Positions 51,048-59,806 of a stretch of DNA of 64,000 bases are shown in pieces. Made by a program: the position numbers and the translations under genes. The notes beneath the pieces are model-generated. The model was not told the origin of the DNA. It saw nothing but the letters and a program-made list of their open reading frames with translations, and ran no database searches. Position 1 is the stretch's first letter. Each line of letters begins with the position of its first letter. Source of the DNA: Moniliella sp. 'wahieum' (Eukaryota); NCBI GenBank assembly GCA_003971905.1, contig RSEE01000006.1, forward strand, positions 124,001-188,000, in the 5' to 3' direction.

Positions 51048-53148
51048 CCCTGGTGGCGCCCCTAAGTAACCCCGCAAGATGAACGGTTAGGTTTAGACGT
51101 AGCGTTCCCCCTGTCCCAGCCTTCTTAAGTCTGCCAATGAAATGGAAGTTACTAGAGATATCACACACCACTCACTACAGTTTCGATGTTTTGTTCACTG
51201 GTGTCACTTCGCGCTCTCCCACAGCTTTTCTCTCGCGGTTGTTGTATGGCTCCTCTCTGCAGTGCCCTTTTGCCCTGTAGAACAAGCTCTCGTATACCAT
51301 CTGCTATAGAGGCGTCGCCATGCATAGCGGGCAATCCTATTATAAAACCAGTGCAGTCACCCATTGCTGTCAGAGGCAAAACTCCCACACTGCACGCAGC
51401 TCCCTGCTGTAAGTCAATATACGCGCATCAATGATTCCTCATCTCTTCCATAGTCTCATCACGGTGTACTCCACTCCGGGTGAGGCTCTGACAATCCAGG
51501 GGATCTTTTTCATATGCTCTCTCGGACTTTATAGGCCAGTGGAGAATCGAAGTGGTGGTGGTCATATAGTGGTTCTGTTTGAAGCACGCACACCCCGTGT
51601 GATCATGTTGATAAGGGGGGGGAAAGAAGCGCATCGTCGACTACGGCAATGCCCCTGCCGTTTTTATTGTATCGGTTTAGTACGTTTATCAGAGGAGGAG
51701 CCCAATAGTGGTACGTGTTCCTACAGCGTTTCGCTCATGAACAACCCCTCCCAGTACTAGAAGGCCAGCGCAACCTCTTCTCCGACGGTCCCGTTGTCAA
51801 TTCTACTAATGAAGAACTGAGAGTATTGACACGATTGACGCTTTCGGAAAAGCAGCATGATACACATCTCTGGAAAGGAGCGTTTGTCCCACACAAGGGT
51901 ATAGTTCCATGCCCAACAACCATAACATATTTGCCCAGGAGAATACAGAGTGTATGTATAGGGGGCCAGGGTGATGCAGGTGATGACATGGTCAAGGCAA
52001 GGCATTATGGCCCTTACATCCGGAGTAGTGCCGACCGCGTTTCGGGCTTACGCATTAGCGCTTCCGTCCGAACCACAAAAAGAGGGTGAGCAAACGATGG
52101 TGAGACAGGAGTTACACACACACGCAGTCACGATGGACACAAGGGGTGTGGTCTGTGCGCTTGCCGGCCGGGGGTAAGAAGAGGGTTTTATATCGCGCTT
52201 CAATGCGTTGGGGAGGCGCAGAAACGCAGCCAACGCGTGCCCGTGCACAGGAAGCTGCGTTCTCTCACCAGTAGCACCAGTTTTCCCCAGTTTGCTTCAA
52301 GCTTCATCGATCATCTCTCCGCATGTGTCTCAAGTTCCACACATACGTTCCACAAGCTTCACTACACGGATACAATAATCCGGCTCACTCTCCCCTTGTG
52401 TCGCTCTCTCTAAATCAATCATTAACCGCGGTTCTCATGAGATGTGACATGCATGACATGTGATACTTATACTGTGCCCCTTTTTCAAGTCAACAGAGAG
52501 AGTATGGTTAAATTAAAAAAAGGTTATCGGTTACCGATGAAGCTGATGAAGCTATGTAGAAAAGGCAAGAGCGCAGGGACAGTTGATGGTGTCGTATTGC
52601 ACATTGCACGTGGGGCTACAGAGGCTCAAGAATATTCCTGCCCTCCACAGTAGAGGAATATTGGAAGGAATGAACCGGAAGGTTCAGGCCCTTGTGTGGC
52701 TATCCGCGCTACCACACCACAGTGTGGCGTCACAAGTTGGTGAAGCTTCGTTTTCGCCTGGCTTGATTAGCTTGATCATATTATCTATAGCCGAGAGACG
52801 ACAGTATATATGCATAGTGTGGTAACAGTCGATTTGAGGACATCATGCTGTGAAGACGAGACAATTCGGTGATGCCGATGATCGTGTGAAGAGAGTCCTG
52901 ATATGTGACAGAGGGGGGTCTTTTCGACCGCTCTTACAGAGGTGTTAGGAGAACTCATCTAGTTTTGCTTCCAGTTTCCAGGGGAGAAGAGGAAGAATGA
53001 AGAAGAGCAAGGGGAAAAAGAGAAAAGAAAAGAGAAAGAAGAAAAGAAAGGAGAAGGACGAGAAAAAATATTGGCGTGTATTGGGTTCCACCAGGAAACA
53101 CCTGTGACCATCGATATAGTACAGGTGTACAACAGAGGGTGGGCACCA

Positions 53149-55024
53149 CTAATAGAAATGCCGATCGGCGCGGTGATATCCAGAGCTCTGGCCTCGCAGC
53201 TCAACTTCCTGCATGATGGGATCTGCAATGGACTGCAGGTTCCTTTTCATTTCCTCATACATCTCCTTTGAAGCCTGCTCCGTTGGGCACTGTTCCTGCC
53301 ACACAAACGACTGGTTGATCGCCTCTTCCAGGACCTGCCTTTCGCTTGAATGGAGCTTGCCCACAGTATCATGCTCTTCCAGCCAGCGACGCATACGGCA
53401 GGCGTACAAATCCAACTCATTTCTGGCTTTAATCCGTGCCTCCGCTTCTTGATCATTTTCTTGTACTTCTCCGCCTCCGACACCATGCGGGCAATGTCCT
53501 GCCTCGACAGGCGACCGCTATTGGTGATGGTCAAATCGCCTGCGAATTCGTCTTCTGTTCAACGGCCGACACCTTGAGAATAGAGTCGGAGTCCAAATCA
53601 AACGTCACAATAAACGAAGACACACCACGGGGAGAAGTCGGGACGTCAGTGAGCGTGAAATCGCCCAGAAAATGGTTGTCAACGGCGCGCGGCCGCTCAC
53701 CCTCGTACACGGGAATAGTGCCGGAGATCTTCTGACGGCGTTGGCTATAAGGCAACGTTTGGAAGAATCGCCACGACTTGGTGGGCAATGTTGAATTGCG
53801 TTCAATCACAGCACTGAACCCACCACCCTTTATTCCAATACCCAAAGATAGGGACCACATCGAGCAGAATCAGTTCCTGGTTCAACTCGGTCGGGCACCC
53901 TCGAGAATAGCAGCCTGGATGGCGGCGCCATAGGCAACAGCCTCGTCGGGGTTGATTGAGCGAGAGTGAGTGTGCGCCCGTCAAAGAACTCCGTGAGAAG
54001 GCGCTGCACTCGAGGAATCCTTGTTGACCCCCCAACCAAGACAACGTCAGTCACGTCATTTTTGTTAACGTTCGCGTCTTGCAGGACACCCTCAACAGGG
54101 CCAATAATACGGGCAAACAGGTCTTTGCACAACTCCTCAAAGAGGACCGGCTGATAAGGGCGATAAATCAATGCCCTCAAATAGACAGTCGATCTCGATT
54201 GTGGTATGTTCAGCCTCCGAAAGACTGCGCTTCGCGCGCTCGCAACAAGTACGGAGGCGACGAGAGCGCGAGGGTTAGATGTGAGGTCCCTGCTAAATTG
54301 CGTTTGAATTCTTCAACACAATGGTCGACGAGAGGGTGTCAAAGTCTTCGCCACCTAGATGGTGTCACCGGAGATGGCCTTGACTTCAAATTTCCCCTTT
54401 GTAATCTCAAGCAACGATACGTCAAAGGTACGCCGCCAAAGTCAAAGACGAGGACAGTGCGTTTATGTTCAGGCATGGTGTCCAACCCGTAAGCAATAGC
54501 AGCAGCTGTCGGCTCGTTGATAATGCGCAAGACGTTCAGCCCAGCAATGGTACCAGCGTCCTTGGTTGCCTGGCGTTGGGAGGTTGAAGTAGGCAGGTAC
54601 TGTCACCACAGCATCCTTTACAGGACCGCCAAGGTAGGCCTCGGCCGTCTCGCGCATCTTGATCAGAATCATGGACGAGATTTCCTCGGGAGTGAAAATC
54701 TTCGTATCGCCCTTGTATTGGACTTCAATTCCCGGCTGACCGTCCACATCAACCACCTTGAAAGGCCAGTGCTTCATGTCAGACTGGACCACCTCATCGT
54801 CAAATCTGCGCGATAAGTCGTTTGGCATCAAACACGGTGTTGGATGGGTTCATGGCAGTCTGCGCGAACGCCTCCTCACCGATAAGCCTCCCATGTCGTT
54901 GAAGGCCCATAAGAGGGGGTGGTCTTTAAGCCAAGGTTGTTGCGAATGATCGTGGCCCCGTCGCCCTCATGAATGGAACACATGAGTAGGTGGTGCCAAG
55001 ATCGATACCGATTGCTTTGGTCAT
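53149..55024 (-). CDS. Hsp70 paralog B: cytosolic-type NBD, divergent SBD, no EEVD
   Basis: [127 protein letters not shown]; ends ...[26 protein letters not shown]. Confidence 0.9.
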
Positions 55025-55125
55025 GGTAGGATTGGAGAGCGGCGAAGTGACGGGGGGTGGGGAGAGAGGCGGTGGTGTTGGTGAAGGTGTGTAGTGCGTA
55101 TGGTTAATTCGGCATCGACACACTC

Positions 55126-55132
55126 TTATATA
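55126..55132 (-). promoter_or_regulatory. Probable TATA box of Hsp70 paralog B
   Basis: TATATAA on the minus strand about 100 bp upstream of the ATG at 55024, in GC-rich context. Confidence 0.55.
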
Positions 55133-55153
55133 TCGACAGATGCCCTTGCCAAT

Positions 55154-55330
55154 TGTCACAGTCGGGGCTAAGGCGAGGGAGACCAGGATCGGACTAGGCC
55201 AAGGGGTGTAGCAATCGTTCGTGGGGAAGAAGCAAGAACAGAGGACATGGTGCGAAGTGGAAGGAACAGGGAAGGAGCGAGACGCTCGAGAAGAAATTGG
55301 AATGGGAGCGAGATCAGCCAAACTATGACA
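55154..55330 (-). repeat. 3' LTR
   Basis: Starts TGTCACAG and ends ATGACA on the plus strand; direct repeat of 58635-58811. Confidence 0.95.
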
Positions 55331-55343
55331 TTGCCCCCTTTCA
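55331..55343 (-). other. Polypurine tract
   Basis: Minus strand reads ...TGAAAGGGGGCAA immediately before the 3' LTR (TGTCATAG). Confidence 0.75.
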
Positions 55344-57281
55344 GACCTCATCTCCCGGGCGGCGACGGAGGCGAGAGAGGGCGAGTCGGCGGGCATGGGA
55401 GACAGGCTTAGGGGGAGAGGCGTGGAAACGGACCACTGGCTCGGCGTCATGAGACATGTCCGCAGCGGGTACCCACTCCCGCTCGTGGACAGGATAGCCC
55501 CGGAAGTGAACAAAGTACTCAATGCGGCCACCACGACCCTTGCGGCGAGAGTCGAGGACATGTTCAACCTCGTGATGAACCGCACCATCATCAGCATACT
55601 CGGGGAGAGGAGGCGGGGGCTCAATCAAGCGGGCAGGGACCACGTCACCAGGGGTGTAGGCTCGCAAGCGGGACACATGGAACACGTCATGGAGGTGTAG
55701 GTAGTCGGGGAGGCGGACCTGGTATGCGGCGCGGCCCACGGCGCGGACAATGGGAAAGGGGCCGAGGTAGCGATAGTCGAGGCCGTCAGAAGGCCGCTGG
55801 CTGGCCACATAGCCGTCCCGACGGACCAAGACAGGCTGGCCAGCAGTGAAGGAAGCCGCCTCGGTGCGCTGCTGATCGGCTAATGCTTGTAGCGGTCCTG
55901 GGCCGCGGCGAGCGTGCGGCGGGCCACCGCCTGGGCCGAGCGCAAGTCCTCCAAATATGGCGCAGCATCGGGCACGGGCGAAGTGGAGGGCTCCACCCCC
56001 CGGGGAGAGTAACCATAGGTGAGGACAAAGGGGGACTGGGGGTGCTCGAGTGGGAGGACGAGTGTAGGCGAATTCGGCCGTGGGGAGGGTCGAACCAGTT
56101 GGACTGCTGCTCGTCGAGGTAGCAGCGGAGTACTGTTCGAGGATCTGGTTGAGTCGCTCAGTCTGGCCGTCCGTCTGGGGGTGGGACGCGGTGCTGAGGC
56201 TCGACTTGATGCCCAAGTCGGCACACAAGGCTTGCCAGAAGTGGCTTGTGAAGGTCGGTCCCCGATCACTCACCAGATCCCGGGGAAGGCCATGGTAGCG
56301 AAAGACATGGTGTACAAACTGGCGTGCGAGCTGGGGCGCAGTGTCCGTCGTGTGGGCGGGAATGAAGTGACCCATTTTGGTACAACGATCCACCACCACC
56401 AGAATCGCGTCGTAACCATTGGATCGGGGAAGCTGGGTAATGTGGTCCATCGTCAAGTGGGTCCACGGGCCTTGGGGAGGGGAAAGGGGCTGAAGGGGTC
56501 CGGCGGGTTGGTGGCAAGGCGCTTTGGTCCGTTGGCAGCGGTCGCACGAGCGCACGTAGGCCCACACGTCGGCTGACAGGCGGGGCCACCAATATTGAGC
56601 GCGGACACGGGCCAACGTCTTGTCGCGCCCTTCATGGCCCGCCAATGCCGAGTCGTGGGCTTGGTGGAGAATGGCAGCGCGGATCGGCCGGTCGCCGGGG
56701 ACGTAGACCTGGTTTCCGTGCCACAAAAGACCGTCGCGGACCGTCAAAGCATGGGGAGGTGGGCTTGGAGCCGTAGCAAGGGACCAACGAGGGTCACGAG
56801 GCACGAGTTGGCGGATGCGCTGTCGAATCTCGTCGGCAGACGCTCGCTCCACCACCGGTGTATCGGGGTCCGCCGCCATGAGCTTGAGGGCGGCGGCAGA
56901 ACGTTCGGACATGGGCTCCGCCAGTACTTGAGGTGCCGCGCCAGCGGGCCGGGAGGGAACCGAGGAGGGAAAAGGAATCGAGTTGACAGAGGGGGGCGAG
57001 ATGGGGTTAGATGAGGAGGTGGACTTGGGCCGGGGCCCGGGCGAGTGCTGGTGCTGGTGCGTAGTCTTGGTCTTGGGCTGGTCTGGGTGCTGGGGCTGGT
57101 CTTGGGGCTGGGGCTGGTCTTGGTGCTTGGGCTGGTCTTGGGGCTGGGGCTGGTCTTGGGGCTGGGGCTGGGTTTGGGGCTTGGGCGGGAGTTTGGGGCT
57201 TGGGCGGGAGTTGGGGCTTGGGCTGGGCTTGGGGCTTGGGCGGGAGTTGGGGCTGTGGCCGGGGTCAGTCGTGGAAGGCAT
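55341..57281 (-). CDS. Pro/Gln-rich linker + integrase (HHCC, DDE core, GPY/F) + chromodomain
   Basis: HDSALAGHEG...YWWP...CDRCQRTK; WTHLTMDHITQLP, ILVVVDRCTKMGHF, HGLPRDLVSDRGPTF, HPQTDGQTERLNQ; YLGPFPI...HDVFHVSRL; chromodomain HEVEHVLDSR...EYFVHFRGYP..EREWVP. ATG at 57281, 7 nt after the gag stop. Confidence 0.92.
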   Translation of the reverse strand: MPSTTDPGHSPNSRPSPKPSPSPNSRPSPKLPPKPQTQPQPQDQPQPQDQPKHQDQPQPQDQPQHPDQPKTKTTHQHQHSPGPRPKSTSSSNPISPPSVNSIPFPSSVPSRPAGAAPQVLAEPMSERSAAALKLMAADPDTPVVERASADEIRQRIRQLVPRDPRWSLATAPSPPPHALTVRDGLLWHGNQVYVPGDRPIRAAILHQAHDSALAGHEGRDKTLARVRAQYWWPRLSADVWAYVRSCDRCQRTKAPCHQPAGPLQPLSPPQGPWTHLTMDHITQLPRSNGYDAILVVVDRCTKMGHFIPAHTTDTAPQLARQFVHHVFRYHGLPRDLVSDRGPTFTSHFWQALCADLGIKSSLSTASHPQTDGQTERLNQILEQYSAATSTSSSPTGSTLPTAEFAYTRPPTRAPPVPLCPHLWLLSPGGGALHFARARCCAIFGGLALGPGGGPPHARRGPGPLQALADQQRTEAASFTAGQPVLVRRDGYVASQRPSDGLDYRYLGPFPIVRAVGRAAYQVRLPDYLHLHDVFHVSRLRAYTPGDVVPARLIEPPPPLPEYADDGAVHHEVEHVLDSRRKGRGGRIEYFVHFRGYPVHEREWVPAADMSHDAEPVVRFHASPPKPVSHARRLALSRLRRRPGDEV

Positions 57282-57288
57282 ATGGTGA

Positions 57289-58594
57289 TCACGGCACTGC
57301 GCCTTGAGCGCGGCGCTCGGTGCGCCGGGCCGCCGCTTCAGCGGTGGCGGTGACTGCGCTGAGGTCCATGGGCTCCGCTTCGGGCGACGAGGGCCGAAAC
57401 CAATGATTGCCGCCCGATCCCGGGGAGATGGCGGTACCATGAGCGCCCAGCGATTGCGATTGGTCGATGTCAATGGCCGCTGTGCGCAGTTGTTCGAAAC
57501 TGATCCGTCCCAAGTGAGCCGACTCGCCGCGGGAGGCGATTGCGTCACGCACCCGCGGCTTCAAGCCGTACAGAAAGCAATAGTAGCGGTCCTCATCCGA
57601 CGCGTTGGGGTTCCAGCGACGCAGCAGAACCGTGAACGTAGCGGAATAGTCCGCTGCAGATCCCGTCTGCCGAAGACGACGAAACTCCTCAAACGCCTTC
57701 AGCGCCGGGTTGCGCTCGCCCCACTGCTCCAGGAAAGCTGCGCGAAACGCAGGCCAAGACTGGAGGGCGGGTGTGGTGCGCGCCTCCAGGGGAAGGGCCA
57801 CCTCCGAGCCGAACTGCTCGACCCAAGTGAGGGCCCTCTCCCTGCAGCAGGCCCATGAAGCGGTCGATCCATGCCGCCGCGCCCATATGCGTGAGGGCGA
57901 CGCGCGCGTAAATCTCGAAGGAGGTGACGACGTGCTGGGCCTGGACCCGGTCACGAGAGTTGGGATTCGCACCAGACGACGGGCGGAAACGAACGGGCTC
58001 GAACATCTTAGGCTCTTCCGACACCGTGTTCGGGATGGCAGTCAGATCACCATAAGGCCCAGGGGCGGGAGCGGGGGCGGGGGCCGAGGACACCACGCCA
58101 GTTTGAGCCTCCCGTACCGAGGCGGCCAACCGGGCCTCTTCCGCGGCAAGCGCCGCCTCCTCCTGCCGCTGACGGAGGCGGTGCTCACGGCGCTTCGCCT
58201 CTTGCTCATCCTCGAAAGCGCGGCGCTTCGCCTCTTGCTCATCCTCGAAAGCGCGGCGCTGGTCCTCCTGGGCTGCAAGGTAGGCCTGATTTTCCGGGCC
58301 TCCGTCAACAGAAGCTGGCGCATTCTGCGGGCCTCATCGACCCGACGCTGAGCGGCCTCGAGGCCCAGCCCGACAGGTCGGAGGCAGGCAATGTATACCC
58401 CGGGGGCGCGGCGCAACAGACGGAGCTGCATGGGGGGTCCAGAGGGGCCAGCCGGGTGGAACCACTCCGGGCCATCGTCGTCGAACGGAGCGTCAGAGGG
58501 GGGGTCGGACGGGGTCGGATTGGGCCGCGCCGCCGATGGGTTGCGGCGCGCTAGGGTTACTGGGGTCAGGGGGGTTGTCGTGGATCGAGGACAT
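57289..58594 (-). CDS. Retrotransposon Gag (capsid); no CCHC knuckle seen; frameshifted
   Basis: LQGEALTW (joined across one indel), SWPAFRAAFLEQWG, EFRRLRQTGSAADYSATF, FLYGLKPRVRDAI, LRTAAIDID, EPMDL; likely start MSSIHDNPP at 58594. Confidence 0.85.
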
Positions 58595-58624
58595 CTCTGG
58601 TCGGGCTCGCCTGTTGACGGTTAG

Positions 58625-58633
58625 ACGAACGAT
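58625..58633 (-). other. Self-priming-type primer-binding site
   Basis: Minus-strand ATCGTTCGT next to the 5' LTR is the exact complement of ACGAACGAT inside the LTR (58694-58702). There is no TGG tRNA-type PBS. Confidence 0.75.
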
Positions 58634-58634
58634 A

Positions 58635-58811
58635 AGTCACAGTCGGGGCTAAGGCGAGGGAACCAGGATCGGACTAGGCCAAGGGGTGTAGCAATCGTTC
58701 GTGGGGAAGAAGCAAGAACAGAGGACATGGTGCGAAGTGGAAGGAACAGGGAAGCGAGACGCTCGAGACGAAGAAATTGGAAATGGGAGCGAGATCAGCC
58801 AAACTATGACA
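58635..58811 (-). repeat. 5' LTR
   Basis: Direct repeat of 55154-55330, followed by TSD CCAAT. Confidence 0.95.
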
Positions 58812-59806
58812 CCAATATTACAGAGCCACTGCGGCATATGCCATTTACATATTATTGTTTTAGGTTACCGTCGCCAGCTGCGCTGAGTGGGCGCTGCCTG
58901 TTGATATGGGAAACCCTGGCGTGGGTTGCGTTTCAGTATCCTAACTAGTAGTATATGGGATCGAATTCGGTCTGCGTTCACCAGGTCCTCGCGTATGCTT
59001 CCGTCGAACCTCGTCACGGACCGCTCACGGATCAAGCTCAAGCGCAATAAGCGCATCGTCGTCGATTATCGATGAAAACCGACTTCTCCTCTGTGGAGAG
59101 GGGGATAACATGCCTGGGCTCCCGCATTTGTTTAGAATCATGTCCTTGCGTGTCGACCGATCCACTCAATCCACAGGAGGTATTACTACCGGTCGATCAC
59201 CGATAACACCATGACACGTTATAGTAGTTGTGCTTTGTGGAAAAGCAGAACACTCTACTACTTTTCTAGACGCAAAACTTTCACGTTGGACAGCTATAAT
59301 TTGAGATCTGACGGTAGCTTAATGAGCAGGAATGAGGTTGCGATGGAGTAGAGCGAGAAAAGAGCGTGGCGGTAACAAGGAGGCAGGCAACTAGCACAGG
59401 AGGAAAGAAGATTGAAGAGAAGGAAGCGGGGGCTGCGCGCGCCAAGCGCAGCGGGCGCGGTGCAGCCCCGTACAGGTGCCGGTGCGGGGGTCCGGCGCCA
59501 GTTAGGCACAAGCTATTATCGAATCATTAGTACCTTCCACACCTGAGGCCTGACATACAACACAAAGTAGGTGTCGTATGTCACTCAGCCCCTAAAACCG
59601 GTTTTGTTACGCCGCCGAACGAAACCCCATGCCTCGCCGCTAGGATGTTGTTGGACTCGTCGCTGCTCTCATGTTTCATTAGACGCTACCTTTACCTCTG
59701 ACTGTGTGGGCAGATATATGTATGTGTGTTGCAACCCGTTTCGTCCTACTACTAGGTAGAACCCTCATGTAATAATCCACAGCACTGCGCCCGCTGCTTC
59801 GCCTCA

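Larger units (their letters stand above)
55154..58811 (-). mobile_element. Ty3/Gypsy chromoviral LTR element, 3658 bp, non-autonomous (gag + integrase-chromodomain only)
   Basis: Two ~177-bp LTRs differing only by small indels and one terminal base; TGTCA...TGACA termini; 5-bp TSD CCAAT (55149-55153 and 58812-58816); PPT; self-priming-type PBS; gag and integrase motifs. Confidence 0.95.
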
